Shown here in pieces: positions 1 through 9,833 of a DNA stretch of 64,000 bases (positions are counted from its first letter, which is position 1; each line of letters begins with the position of its first letter). The notes below the pieces were generated by a model. The model had not been told where the DNA came from. It did not search any database and saw only the letters and a program-made list of their open reading frames with translations. The stretch comes from an uncultured delta proteobacterium. Lineage in GTDB: Bacteria; Desulfobacterota; Syntrophia; Syntrophales; Smithellaceae. The position numbers were made by a program, and so were the translations under genes. Where the stretch lies: positions 704,001 through 768,000 of the forward strand of contig CAVWEH010000005.1 of assembly GCA_963753975.1 (NCBI GenBank). Direction: 5' to 3'.

Positions 1-70
1 GTAGCTCAGTCGGTAGAGCATCGGACTGAAAATCCGAGTGTCGGCAGTTCAATTCTGCCCTGACCCACCA
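1..70 (+). tRNA. tRNA-Phe(GAA), 5' end cut by window edge
   Basis: D arm GCTCAGTCGGTAGAGC, anticodon arm TCGGA-CTGAAAA-TCCGA, T arm GGCAG-TTCAATT-CTGCC, 3' ACCA. Confidence 0.95.
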
Positions 71-81
71 TAAAACTGCAG

Positions 82-109
82 GCCCTCCCTAAATAAGGAG
101 GGCTTTTTT
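82..109 (+). terminator. Intrinsic terminator after tRNA-Phe
   Basis: GCCCTCC...GGAGGGC hairpin followed by T run. Confidence 0.7.
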
Positions 110-130
110 AGTCCACCGTCTTTCGAGATA

Positions 131-1471
131 ATGGAACTAATAAGTGTGTCGATGACAAAACAAAAATTGAAAATCATGCTGGTCAATCCTCCCAACTGCG
201 GCAAGAGTATTCCGGAGGAGGAATACGGCATTACCTCTCTTAAACAGCTTTTCAAGGGAGAACCTTTCAATCTGGAAGTCCTCGCCGGTCCTTTGCAGGA
301 ACATGAAGTAACGATATTTGATCTCAAGAGCGAGAGCGAAGAGACTTTTTGGAAATCCTTCGACACGTTTGCGCCGGACATTGTCGGTCTAACAGCAGTA
401 ACCTGCGAGGCCAATACCGTCATCCGCATAGCCCGCAAAATAAAAGAGAAAAGCAATCCGTTCATCGTAATCGGCGGCAATCACGCCACTTATAGCCCCG
501 GCTATTTTAACCGTCCCGAATTCGACTATATTGTTATCGGTTTAGGGAAAAAAAGTTTCAGTGAATTACTCGAGTGTTTGGCTCAAGGCAAAAAAGGCAT
601 AGGCATTGCCGGAGTTGCGCAAACCTCGCCCGGTAAACCTTTAGCCTATGTCACCAGAAATTATAGCGAAGCGGATTTGATGGAGGATATCCCTCCCCGC
701 TATGATCTCGTTGCCAAATATAGAAGCCAATATTTTCTGGAGCAATTGGGTCTGACAATGGGGTTTGTCATCACCGCCTACGGCTGCACGCATAAATGTT
801 CTTTTTGCACGATCCCGGGAATGACGGGAGGAAAATACTTGAATCACTCTATAGATGCTGTAATTCGCGATATCCGGCTGCTCGGCGATATTTCCTTTAT
901 TCGTATGGTTGATGCCAACACCTTCGGCAATACGTCATTATCACTTGACCTTTACAGAAAAATCATGCAATCCGGTATCAAGAAAAGATTCTTCGCGGAT
1001 GTCCGTGCCGATACTATTGTCAAACACCCGGCTCTAATGAAAAACTGGAAGGAAGCCGGACTCTATGCGGTCGTCGTGGGCTTCGAGGATTTTCAGGATA
1101 CGCGCCTTGCCGCCTATAACAAAAAATATCAAGGTCATGTGATTAACGAAGCAATAAAAATTTTGCATGACCTGGGCATAGTCATTATCGGTGATTTTAT
1201 CGCCTCTCCCGAATATGAGGAAAGTGATTTTGAAAAACTGGAAAACTTCATAGTCGCCAATAAGATCGAAGTTCCGGTAATATCTATTTTGACTCCTATT
1301 CCGGGAACGCCTCTATACGAGACAATGAAGAATCAAATCGTGATTTCCGATTTGGATTATTACACCTTTACCAACGCGGTCACGGCGACAAAGATGCGCG
1401 AAGATTTATTTTACAGAACATTCGCTGATATGGTAAAAAGGTTTCATGATAAGCCGCACAGACCACAGTAA
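131..1471 (+). CDS. B12-binding domain radical SAM protein (start may be 152)
   Basis: N-terminal cobalamin-binding domain (PDIVGLT, IVIGGNHAT) plus CxxxCxxC motif (GCTHKCSFC). Confidence 0.9.
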   Translation: MELISVSMTKQKLKIMLVNPPNCGKSIPEEEYGITSLKQLFKGEPFNLEVLAGPLQEHEVTIFDLKSESEETFWKSFDTFAPDIVGLTAVTCEANTVIRIARKIKEKSNPFIVIGGNHATYSPGYFNRPEFDYIVIGLGKKSFSELLECLAQGKKGIGIAGVAQTSPGKPLAYVTRNYSEADLMEDIPPRYDLVAKYRSQYFLEQLGLTMGFVITAYGCTHKCSFCTIPGMTGGKYLNHSIDAVIRDIRLLGDISFIRMVDANTFGNTSLSLDLYRKIMQSGIKKRFFADVRADTIVKHPALMKNWKEAGLYAVVVGFEDFQDTRLAAYNKKYQGHVINEAIKILHDLGIVIIGDFIASPEYEESDFEKLENFIVANKIEVPVISILTPIPGTPLYETMKNQIVISDLDYYTFTNAVTATKMREDLFYRTFADMVKRFHDKPHRPQ

Positions 1472-1485
1472 ACGGAGGGAAATTA

Positions 1486-2628
1486 GTGCCTGTCTATATT
1501 AATGATGTTTCCGCGTTTCTCCCCAACGAGCCGGTTGGAAACGAAGAGATTGAAGATATACTGGGGAAAATTCATGATAATCGCTCCCGCATGAAATCAA
1601 TGGTTCTCAAAAACAACGGGATACTAAAAAGATACTATGCGATCGACCGCAAAACTGGAAAGCTCAATTATACGAACGCGGCACTTACGGCGGAGGCAGT
1701 CAAAAGATTGAAACCTTATGAAGGTTTTTCGATAAATGATATTCAGTGCCTCTGCTGCGGCACAACTATCGCGGACGTTATCGCGCCCGGCCACGGTCTG
1801 ATGGTGATGGGCGAACTTAAGATTCCGCCCTGCGAAGTTATTACCACGGCGGGCATTTGTCTCTCCGGCGTCACCTCCTTCAAGGCCGCCTACGCCAATG
1901 TCGCCCTGGAGTTGAGCGATAACGCCGTGGCGACCGGTTCGGAACTCGCCTCATCTCTCATACGCTCTAATTTCTTTGAGCACCTCCCCGGCGATCCTGA
2001 CCTGAAACGGCATCCTGTTCTTACCTTTGAATCGGATTTTTTGCGCTGGATGTTATCCGATGCCGCGGGCGCTGTTTTTATGTCCCGCAAGAAAAATAAG
2101 AAAGGCGGGTCGCTGAGGGTCGATTGGATCGAGCATGTGTCTTACGCGGGACAAATGGATGTTTGTATGTATGCGGGCGGTGTGAAAAAAGCGGACGGCA
2201 GAGTTACCGGGTGGCGCGAGCTTGATTCGCTTCAGGAAGCTCTCGCCGGAAACTTTTTTGCTCTCAAGCAGGATACCGAACTTCTGGGCGAACATGTTGT
2301 ACGCATTACCGTAAGCGAAGCGCTTTTGCGCACCGTGAAGAAAAGAAAAATTAAGCCGCAAGAAATTGATTGGTTTTTGCCGCATTATTCATCGGAATAT
2401 TTCCGCGACAAAATTCATGATGCGATGGCCGGCATTAACTTTGAAATACCTTACGAGAAATGGTTTACCAACCTTACCTCTAAAGGCAACACCGGCGCCG
2501 CTTCCATTTACGTGATGCTGGAAGAGCTTTTCCATTCGGATAAATTGAAGAAAGGGCAGAAGCTGCTTTGCTATATTCCCGAAAGCGGCCGGTTTTCCGT
2601 CGCCTATATGCTGCTTACCGTTGTTTAG
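1486..2628 (+). CDS. Beta-ketoacyl-ACP synthase III family protein, StlD/DarB-like
   Basis: Catalytic Cys (AGIC), HYSS, GNTGAAS; FLRWMLSD and PESGRFS motifs typical of DarB-like KAS III; GTG start with GGAGG RBS. Confidence 0.85.
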   Translation: MPVYINDVSAFLPNEPVGNEEIEDILGKIHDNRSRMKSMVLKNNGILKRYYAIDRKTGKLNYTNAALTAEAVKRLKPYEGFSINDIQCLCCGTTIADVIAPGHGLMVMGELKIPPCEVITTAGICLSGVTSFKAAYANVALELSDNAVATGSELASSLIRSNFFEHLPGDPDLKRHPVLTFESDFLRWMLSDAAGAVFMSRKKNKKGGSLRVDWIEHVSYAGQMDVCMYAGGVKKADGRVTGWRELDSLQEALAGNFFALKQDTELLGEHVVRITVSEALLRTVKKRKIKPQEIDWFLPHYSSEYFRDKIHDAMAGINFEIPYEKWFTNLTSKGNTGAASIYVMLEELFHSDKLKKGQKLLCYIPESGRFSVAYMLLTVV

Positions 2629-2651
2629 GTGTAGCTGCGGACGCTGTTTTT

Positions 2652-2930
2652 TCAATGAAACTCAAATTTCCAAAACGAAGTGTATAACCTGAAGGTCACA
2701 CGTTGAAATTTGCGGAGCTTCAAGAGAACAGTCGAAGACTCTTTTCCAACATGCGACGTCCCGCAAAGTACAGCGGGGTTAGTTGAATTGATCCCGCCAT
2801 AGGCGGAGGGTATCGTAGATACCCGTGGTGCATGGAACTCAAATTTCCAAAACGAAGCGCATGGAAATTTGTTAGTTGTAATGAGACCCAAACTTCAGAA
2901 ACAGAATGCATGACCTAAAGGTCACGTCAC
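2652..2930 (+). repeat. Cluster of family-A structured repeats (2652-2826, 2831-2883, partial copy from 2879) with nested mini-hairpins
   Basis: AATGARACTC-stem-loop-stem-YTAGTTGAATT motif; long near-identity with 7183-7300. Confidence 0.85.
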
Positions 2931-3000
2931 CCCGTGAATATAATTATTGAACAAATCATATAACAGATGTAAATCAATACAGAATAAGGAGGCGCTGCCA

Positions 3001-3585
3001 ATGAAATCGAAATCCGTGAAGATTATAATTATATTTTTAGTTTTATCAGTCTTTCCCTTATTCTCCGCTTATTCAAATGATAAGCAACAATCAACGGATA
3101 TCGAGGCAATTAATCAGGATCAACGGCTAAGGGACGCATTGAAAGGCGTCAGTGCAAAAAAAGCTATGCTGCTTGCGAACAAATGGCGGCTGGAGAAAAT
3201 TAATATTGTGAGTTTTGTAACCCCGGATGCGGTAAATTTTAAGTTCCGAGATGGAAAAACTCTAAGCATATCTCTGCCGGATGATGAGATGATTGTGTCC
3301 GTCGCACCTTATATAAAAAACACGCATGAATGCGCGACTCATTATATGTCGAGTTGTGATGGGGAACTGAAGAATAAACTTGTAAAAATTAAAGCGGTTA
3401 CCGCTAAAGGTAAAATTCTCATTAATAAAATAGTTACTATGCCCCGCACCGGGTTTTATGATCTTTGGCTTCCCCGAGATCAGGAGATAACCATATCAGT
3501 CGATGCCCTGGGTAAAAAAGCAACCGGCAAAATATTTACTAACAGAAACAGCAAAACTTGCGACACAACATTGAAGCTCGAGTAG
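3001..3585 (+). CDS. CueP family periplasmic metal (copper)-binding protein
   Basis: Signal peptide; SVAPYIKNTHECATHYMSSCDGEL, GFYDLWLPR and C-terminal TCDTTLKL; AAGGAGG RBS. Confidence 0.8.
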   Translation: MKSKSVKIIIIFLVLSVFPLFSAYSNDKQQSTDIEAINQDQRLRDALKGVSAKKAMLLANKWRLEKINIVSFVTPDAVNFKFRDGKTLSISLPDDEMIVSVAPYIKNTHECATHYMSSCDGELKNKLVKIKAVTAKGKILINKIVTMPRTGFYDLWLPRDQEITISVDALGKKATGKIFTNRNSKTCDTTLKLE

Positions 3586-3739
3586 TAAGCTTGATCATCT
3601 ATTTGAGCTTCATCACTTAAATCACGTGGTGTTTATTCAAGAAGGGTATTTGTTTCTGAGGAAATCCTTGACAGGCGGAGTTATTTATTCTGTACTCTTG
3701 GTCATCATTTTGTAGAAGTTCATATCCGGGGAGATTGAT

Positions 3740-5887
3740 ATGTCTGAAAATCCTTTGCAATTGCTGATGAATCCCAAATCTATAGCTGTCGCGGGAGCAA
3801 GCAACAAACCGACCAAGATGGGGACAATACAATCCTTGAGTGTTTTGAAAGACGGCTACCAAGGCAAGTTCTATCCGATTCATCCCACGGAAAAAACAAT
3901 TCTAGGGATTGCGGCTTATGCCTCGCCATTGGATTTACCCGAAGTTCCTGATCTGGCCTTGTTGATAGTTCCCGTAAAAGCGGTCGTTTCCCTTTTGGAG
4001 GATTTCGGCAAAATCGGCACGAAAAGGGCAATCGTCGTCACCGCTGGTTTCAGGGAAACAGGAAACGCCGGTCAGGATATGGAAAATAAGCTCAATGAAG
4101 TTGCTCGCCGCTATGGGATGCGTTTTGTCGGCCCCAATTGTCTGGGCGTAATTAACAGTCAGATTTTTTTGAATACAACTGTCTATCCCTTTCCCCGGGA
4201 GCACGGCCTGCTTGGTTTTGCATCGCAGAGCGGCACTTATGTTACACAGGTTCTTCCCCTGTTGAGAAAAAAGGGAATCCGTTTCAGCAAAGCCATCAGT
4301 CTCGGCAACGAAGCAAATATCGATATTGCTGATGCCTTGGAATTTTTGGGAGAGGATGAGCAAACCAAAGCAATTATACTTTACATTGAAGGAATTCGTG
4401 ATGGCAAAAGATTCATAGAAATTGCCCGCAAAATTACTTCGCATAAACCCGTGTTGGCGCAGTATGTCGGCGGCACCAAATCCGGTGCCCGAGCCGGCAT
4501 GAGCCACACCGGCGCCATGTCCGGACCCGATTTTCTTTATGACGGCATCTTCAAACAAGCAGGGATAATCCGTGTGGGCTCCGTGGAAGAGCTTTACGAC
4601 CACGGCTGGACGCTGGCCACACAACCACTCCCGCGGGGAAGGCGTGTCGGTGTCATCACTAATTCCGGCGGTCCGTCATCCTCCATTTCCTATACTTGCG
4701 ATTTAGTTGGATTGGAAGTTCCGCGTTTTTCCGCCGGTTTGCAAAAAGAAATCAGAAAATATTTGCAGCCGCATGCGGCTTCGGCCAATCCGGTAGATCT
4801 GACTTTTGATACAGGCATGGAAAAACTGGCGGTAACCATTCCTGAGCTCGTAATCAAGAGCGGGGAAGTGGATGCTTTAATCGTGCATGGAATAATGCAC
4901 TCCGGTTTTTTGCGCGAAATTTATAATCATGTTTCCGATTATATCAAGGGGATTTCCTTTGAAGAATTTTTAACTTTCACCGGGCCCGTAATTAAAGAAG
5001 TGTTTGAACTGCCGCGCAAATATAACATGCCCTTAATTATTTCCAGTTTCTTCGGTCAGGAAGATTCTTATACTAAAGGTTTTCAGGAAAACAATATTCC
5101 GGTCTTTAATTCTCCGGAAAAGACCGCCCGTGCGTTAGGCTCTCTTTATCGCTATAAACTAATCAAGGAACGGTCTCTGGATAAAAAAATTGTGTTGCCC
5201 CAAATCAGCGAACAAGCCGGAAGTCTCATTAAACAAGCGAAGGAAAATGGACAAAAAGCTCTGGATGAACATGCAGCCAAGAGTTTGCTTGCTGCCTACG
5301 GTGTACCGGTTACAAAGGAAGCACCGACAAAAACGGAAAGTGAAGCGCTTTCCGCCGCCGCTAAAATCGGTTATCCGGTAGCACTGAAAGCCTGTTACTG
5401 GGAAATCATGCACAAGAGCGGCAAGGGGCTCATAGCTTTAAACATAGAAGATGCCTCCGAGTTAAAAACGGCGTTTCAGGATATTCAAAAGGCCGCGGGA
5501 AAATCAGTGCCGGTACTGGTTCAGGAAATGCTCGCCGGCAGCCGGGAATTTCTGGCCGGTATGACTCGTTTTGCCGGATTTGGGCCGTGTGTGGTTTTTG
5601 GATTGGGCGGTGTTTTTACCGAGATGTACCGCGATACGACAATTCGGATGGCGCCGCTTACCGATGCCGACACAAAGGAAATGTTTGCCGATCTGCGTGC
5701 GCACAAACTTCTGGATGAATTCCGGGGCATGCCGCAGGTAGAGAAGGATAAGCTTGCGGGAATACTGCAAGCAATAGGAAATATTTCCTTATTGCATCCG
5801 GAAATAGCCGAAATTGATTTAAACCCCATTATCATCAGCGGGGCCAAGCCTGTTGCCGCCGATGCTTTGATTGTGCTTTCAGGATAG
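3740..5887 (+). CDS. Acetate/acyl-CoA ligase (ADP-forming), fused alpha-beta
   Basis: CoA-binding domain (PKSIAVAGAS), GPNCLG, SHTGAM phospho-His, C-terminal ATP-grasp (EIDLNP). Confidence 0.9.
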   Translation: MSENPLQLLMNPKSIAVAGASNKPTKMGTIQSLSVLKDGYQGKFYPIHPTEKTILGIAAYASPLDLPEVPDLALLIVPVKAVVSLLEDFGKIGTKRAIVVTAGFRETGNAGQDMENKLNEVARRYGMRFVGPNCLGVINSQIFLNTTVYPFPREHGLLGFASQSGTYVTQVLPLLRKKGIRFSKAISLGNEANIDIADALEFLGEDEQTKAIILYIEGIRDGKRFIEIARKITSHKPVLAQYVGGTKSGARAGMSHTGAMSGPDFLYDGIFKQAGIIRVGSVEELYDHGWTLATQPLPRGRRVGVITNSGGPSSSISYTCDLVGLEVPRFSAGLQKEIRKYLQPHAASANPVDLTFDTGMEKLAVTIPELVIKSGEVDALIVHGIMHSGFLREIYNHVSDYIKGISFEEFLTFTGPVIKEVFELPRKYNMPLIISSFFGQEDSYTKGFQENNIPVFNSPEKTARALGSLYRYKLIKERSLDKKIVLPQISEQAGSLIKQAKENGQKALDEHAAKSLLAAYGVPVTKEAPTKTESEALSAAAKIGYPVALKACYWEIMHKSGKGLIALNIEDASELKTAFQDIQKAAGKSVPVLVQEMLAGSREFLAGMTRFAGFGPCVVFGLGGVFTEMYRDTTIRMAPLTDADTKEMFADLRAHKLLDEFRGMPQVEKDKLAGILQAIGNISLLHPEIAEIDLNPIIISGAKPVAADALIVLSG

Positions 5888-5931
5888 CGGAGAAGAACTA
5901 ATTTTTTTAAGAAATCTGTCGGAAGAATATT

Positions 5932-7092
5932 CTAACGTTTTTTGCGGGATTTTTTGAATACATCACCGAGAGTACCCATCATTTCCGGCGCCTTGGCCAT
6001 GTAGTCCTTTAATTCGTCATTTTCAGACGCGGCATTTTCGTTTCCGGCAAGATCAAGAGAGATTCTTTTATTGACCGGATCAGCTTTTTCAATTCTTACT
6101 TCCAACTGCGCGTCCGGAGAAAGCACATCGCGTGCATGTTTAATCTTCTTGCCGCGGGCGAGTTTGGAAATATGTAAAAGGCCGTCAATACCGGCTTCCA
6201 AAGTGATAAAAGCTCCAAAATCCGTCAGGCGCGCTACCCGGCCTTCGTGAATACTCCCTTCGGGATATTTACTCAGGACATCATTCCACGGATCGGGCAG
6301 AGTGTCTTTGAAAGACAGGGTAATGCGTTCATTTTCCCAATCAAGATTGATAATTTTTGCTTCTATTTTATCGCCCGGGAAATAGAGAGCCTTGGCGTCC
6401 TGAACTTTCCCCCAGGCCATTTCGGAAACGGGCAGCAGAGCTTGTATCCCTCCGATATCCACGAAAGCGCCGAAATCACGGACGGCTTTGATTACACCCT
6501 GGACGAGCATGCCTTTTTGCAATGAACCTTTGAGCTCTTTGATTTTTTCCTGTTCGATTTTTTCGAGAAGCGGACGGCGGGAAAGAACTATTGTGCGTCC
6601 GTTTTCCGCATATTCGATAATCATAAAATCAAATTTCTTGCCGATATACAAGGCGACATCATCGATTTTTTTCGTATCCATCTGGGAGTAGGGACAAAAG
6701 CCCACGACATTTGCACTTATTTTGACTTCGAAGCCTCCTTTGATTTCCTTTTCCACGGTTGCTGGGAGTGGAATTTGTCTTTTATAAGCATTGTATAAAT
6801 AATCGTCAACACTCTTGCGTGTCAGCAATTTGGTGGTAAAGAGCTTTTCACCGTGCTTCGAGGATAAAAAATAGGCCGTGATAGGATCGCCTTCCTTTAC
6901 TCTCAGGTTGCCTTCATCATCCAGAAGCTCTTTTTTATCGAGATAGCCTTCGCTTTTTGCCCCCAGATCGAGAAATATCCAGTCGGAAGTAATTTTTACG
7001 ACGGTCGTATCGATTTTTTCTCCCACAGAATAACGCCGGGGAGTGAGACTTGTCTCATCAAGCAACTCAGCAAAACTCTTTTCCTCAGCCAT
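5932..7092 (-). CDS. rpsA: 30S ribosomal protein S1-like protein (4 S1 domains)
   Basis: Repeated S1 motifs (DLGAKSEG, DFGAFVDIGG, DFGAFITLEAGIDGLLHIS); likely start MAEEKSF. Confidence 0.8.
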   Translation of the reverse strand: MAEEKSFAELLDETSLTPRRYSVGEKIDTTVVKITSDWIFLDLGAKSEGYLDKKELLDDEGNLRVKEGDPITAYFLSSKHGEKLFTTKLLTRKSVDDYLYNAYKRQIPLPATVEKEIKGGFEVKISANVVGFCPYSQMDTKKIDDVALYIGKKFDFMIIEYAENGRTIVLSRRPLLEKIEQEKIKELKGSLQKGMLVQGVIKAVRDFGAFVDIGGIQALLPVSEMAWGKVQDAKALYFPGDKIEAKIINLDWENERITLSFKDTLPDPWNDVLSKYPEGSIHEGRVARLTDFGAFITLEAGIDGLLHISKLARGKKIKHARDVLSPDAQLEVRIEKADPVNKRISLDLAGNENAASENDELKDYMAKAPEMMGTLGDVFKKSRKKR

Positions 7093-7182
7093 AGATCTTC
7101 CTCGTCTTAAGCAATAATGAAGTTTCCGCATCGGGCGGTTGTCTTTGATAACATGAAAAAAATAATTTGTCTTTCAGAAAAT

Positions 7183-7462
7183 TAATGAGACTCAAATTTC
7201 GGAAACGAAGTGCGCCGAAATTTGCGGAGCCTCAAAAAGGCATCTGAAAACTCTTTTTCAACATGCGACGTCCCGCAAAATGTAGCGGGATCAGTCGAAT
7301 ACAGTGCCTATGCATGCCGTGACTTGACATGGCATGCGGGCAAATATAAAATCATCAACTTCCTTATGTATCAAAGACTCTGGTTTTCCTCCATAACCAG
7401 AGTCTTTAATTATCCTGCGAATGGAATTCGCGGGGCGAATTATCCATCTAGCGAAACGGGAT
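7183..7462 (+). repeat. Family-A repeat, apparently split by a 140-bp insert (7301-7440)
   Basis: 7183-7300 aligns with 2653-2788; the typical tail TATCC...GGGAT resumes at 7441. Confidence 0.75.
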
Positions 7463-7552
7463 TAATACCGTTGCTTTTTTTAAAAAAATCTGGATATTTC
7501 AAGAAATATGTATTATTAACGAATCAAGAATATCCAAGGAGTTAAATCACTT

Positions 7553-8857
7553 ATGCGCTTTGAAATTGCCCGCGGCGGCAGCGGCTTAACTTATGAAATC
7601 CGTAATATTGTGCTTATCGCCAATAAGCTCAAAGAATACGGCGTCGATATTATCTGGGAAAACATCGGCGATCCCGTCCAGAAGGGAGAAAAAATACCCG
7701 CCTGGATGAAAGATGTCCTGATCAATATATTAAAAGAAGATAGTTCCTATGCCTATTCGCCGACTAAGGGAGTTGATGAAACACGCAAATTTCTTGCCGA
7801 CCGTCTGAACAAACGCGGCAAAGTTCAAATCACACCGGAAGACATAATTTTCTTCAACGGCCTGGGTGATGCCATCGCTCGTGCCTACAGCTCTATCCAG
7901 GTTGACGCGCGCATGATCATGCCGGAGCCGACGTATTCCACACATTTTATGGCGGAAGTCCTGCACGCTTCCTTTCCTCCCAATACATATCGGATGAACC
8001 CTTACAGCAACTGGTATCCGGATATGCGGGAGTTGGAACAGAAAGTTAAAAGTCATAAGTCCATCGTCGGCATTTTGGTGATCAATCCCGATAACCCCAC
8101 GGGGTTCGTTTATCCGGTGGAGACGCTCAAGCAAATTGTGCAGATCGCCAAGGAAAATGATCTTTTTATCGTCTTCGATGAAACATATATCAACATAGTT
8201 TACAACGGTAAAAAGACCGTGCCGCTTTCCGATATTGTGGGCGATGTTCCCGCAATCAGCATGAAGGGCATTTCCAAAGAACTTCCCTGGCCGGGTGCGC
8301 GCTGCGGATGGATCGAAGTTTATAACGCCGAAAAAGATCCGATCTTCGCCCGTTTCATTAATACGATCTTGCAGCAGAAAATGGCGGAAGTGTGCTCAAC
8401 AACTCTGCCCCAAATGGCGATTCCCAGGATTATGTCCCATCCCGAATATCAGAATTATTTAGATAAGCGCAAACAGCATTACGAAAAACTTTCCCGGATC
8501 GCTTATGATATTCTAAAGGATGTTCCCTGTCTGATGGTGAATAAAACCAACGGCGCTTTTTACATGACCGTTGTTTTTAATGAATCGGCTCTCAATAATC
8601 GCCAACGTCTGCAGATTAAGAAAAAGGAAATAAGAGAGTTCGTGGAAGATTTAGTTAAAGAGACCATCGAACACGATAAACGATTCGTTTATTATCTTTT
8701 GGCGGCAACCGGTATTTGCGTTGTGCCGTTGACATCATTTTTTACCCCGCTGCTTGGTTTCCGTATGACGCTATTGGACAAAGACGAAGCGGAATTCAAA
8801 TACGTAGTTAAAACCATCGCCGAAAAAATCGTGGAATATATTGAGTCGGGGAAATAA
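7553..8857 (+). CDS. PLP-dependent aminotransferase class I/II (AlaA/AspC-like)
   Basis: NIGDP, INPDNPTG, DETY, KGISKELPWPGARCGW. Confidence 0.9.
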   Translation: MRFEIARGGSGLTYEIRNIVLIANKLKEYGVDIIWENIGDPVQKGEKIPAWMKDVLINILKEDSSYAYSPTKGVDETRKFLADRLNKRGKVQITPEDIIFFNGLGDAIARAYSSIQVDARMIMPEPTYSTHFMAEVLHASFPPNTYRMNPYSNWYPDMRELEQKVKSHKSIVGILVINPDNPTGFVYPVETLKQIVQIAKENDLFIVFDETYINIVYNGKKTVPLSDIVGDVPAISMKGISKELPWPGARCGWIEVYNAEKDPIFARFINTILQQKMAEVCSTTLPQMAIPRIMSHPEYQNYLDKRKQHYEKLSRIAYDILKDVPCLMVNKTNGAFYMTVVFNESALNNRQRLQIKKKEIREFVEDLVKETIEHDKRFVYYLLAATGICVVPLTSFFTPLLGFRMTLLDKDEAEFKYVVKTIAEKIVEYIESGK

Positions 8858-8897
8858 AAAAGCCGAAGGGTTTTATAATGACTCTTCGGCTTTTTTT
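8856..8897. terminator. Bidirectional intrinsic terminator between convergent genes
   Basis: A-run, AGCCGAAG...CTTCGGCT hairpin, T-run. Confidence 0.8.
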
Positions 8898-8908
8898 GTT
8901 TAAACTAT

Positions 8909-8990
8909 TATCCCCATGCGCTTCGCTTAGGGCATCAATTCGGCTAGCAATTATTACTTAGTTTCTCTCGTAATAATTGAGTCTCATTGA
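8909..8990 (-). repeat. Family-A repeat abutting the stop codon of the RRM gene
   Basis: Reverse complement reads TCAATGAGACTCAATTATTAC...GTAATAATTGCTAGCCGAATTGA. Confidence 0.8.
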
Positions 8991-9344
8991 TTAGTATTTG
9001 CCGCCGCGGTTTCCACCGCCTCCGCCGCGTCCGCCTCTGTTAAATCCACCGCCACTGCGATTGCCGCCGCCTTTTGAGCCTCCGCCACCGAATTCCTTCT
9101 TTGGTCTTGCCTCGTTGACAGTAATCGCCTTTCCATCAAGCATACCGCCGTTGAACTTCTTGATGGCTTCAGTTGCGCCTTCCTCTGTTTTCATTTCGAC
9201 AAAACCGAATCCCTTCGATTGACCTGTAAACTTATCCTTAATGATTGCAGCGGATACGACTTCTCCCGCTTCAGTAAAGTTAGTTTTGAGATCCTCGTCC
9301 GTAACTTTATAAGACAGATTGCCGACATACAAATTCTTGTTCAT
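8991..9344 (-). CDS. RRM RNA-binding protein with Gly-rich tail
   Basis: RNP2 LYVGNL, RNP1 KGFGFVEM, VNEARP. Confidence 0.95.
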   Translation of the reverse strand: MNKNLYVGNLSYKVTDEDLKTNFTEAGEVVSAAIIKDKFTGQSKGFGFVEMKTEEGATEAIKKFNGGMLDGKAITVNEARPKKEFGGGGSKGGGNRSGGGFNRGGRGGGGGNRGGKY

Positions 9345-9513
9345 TTTAATCCCCTTTCTCGTTGACTATCTTTTGTTAACCTTCATTCCCCCGTGGGGCC
9401 CATAAAGCATCAAAATCACCCCCATCCGTCTCCCGGTTGAGAAGGAAGGAAAAAGTGAGGGGCTTGTATGCCTTACCTCTTGAGCTTTTTTCCAAGCTCA
9501 CTACTGCTCAAAG

Positions 9514-9548
9514 AAAAAACCACCAACGCTCCGAAAAACGTGGTGGTT
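9514..9548 (-). promoter_or_regulatory. Leader hairpin plus U-run (attenuator-like) upstream of the RRM gene
   Basis: AACCACCA...TGGTGGTTTTTT; homologous to the csp leader at 55190-55227. Confidence 0.5.
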
Positions 9549-9833
9549 GTGTCTCGTTTATAAAGAAATTTTTAACATTCTAAAACATAAACACAGTTTA
9601 TTTTCATGTAACTTGGTCACAATACCAATTAATAGTCAAGAAGGATTTTATTTTTGTTTTCTATTGATTAGCAACGCCTTCTGAGGAAATTCGGTTCAAA
9701 ATACACTAACTTCATTCTATTAATTCCGATTGATGACCAATTAATTCGTTCAATTGCTTTTTTTCTGCTATAATCCGTAAACTTTCATTAAGGCATTTTC
9801 AATAACCATGCGCCGCAAATTAAGGAGGAGTTT

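Noticed and set aside
2652..2930. Possible CRISPR array (repeated AACTCAAATTTCCAAAACGAAG)
   Set aside because: Only 2-3 degenerate copies, irregular spacing, no cas genes; explained by family A
2652..7545. ORFs 2652-2891, 2720-2911 and 7210-7545
   Set aside because: Spurious frames through family-A repeats
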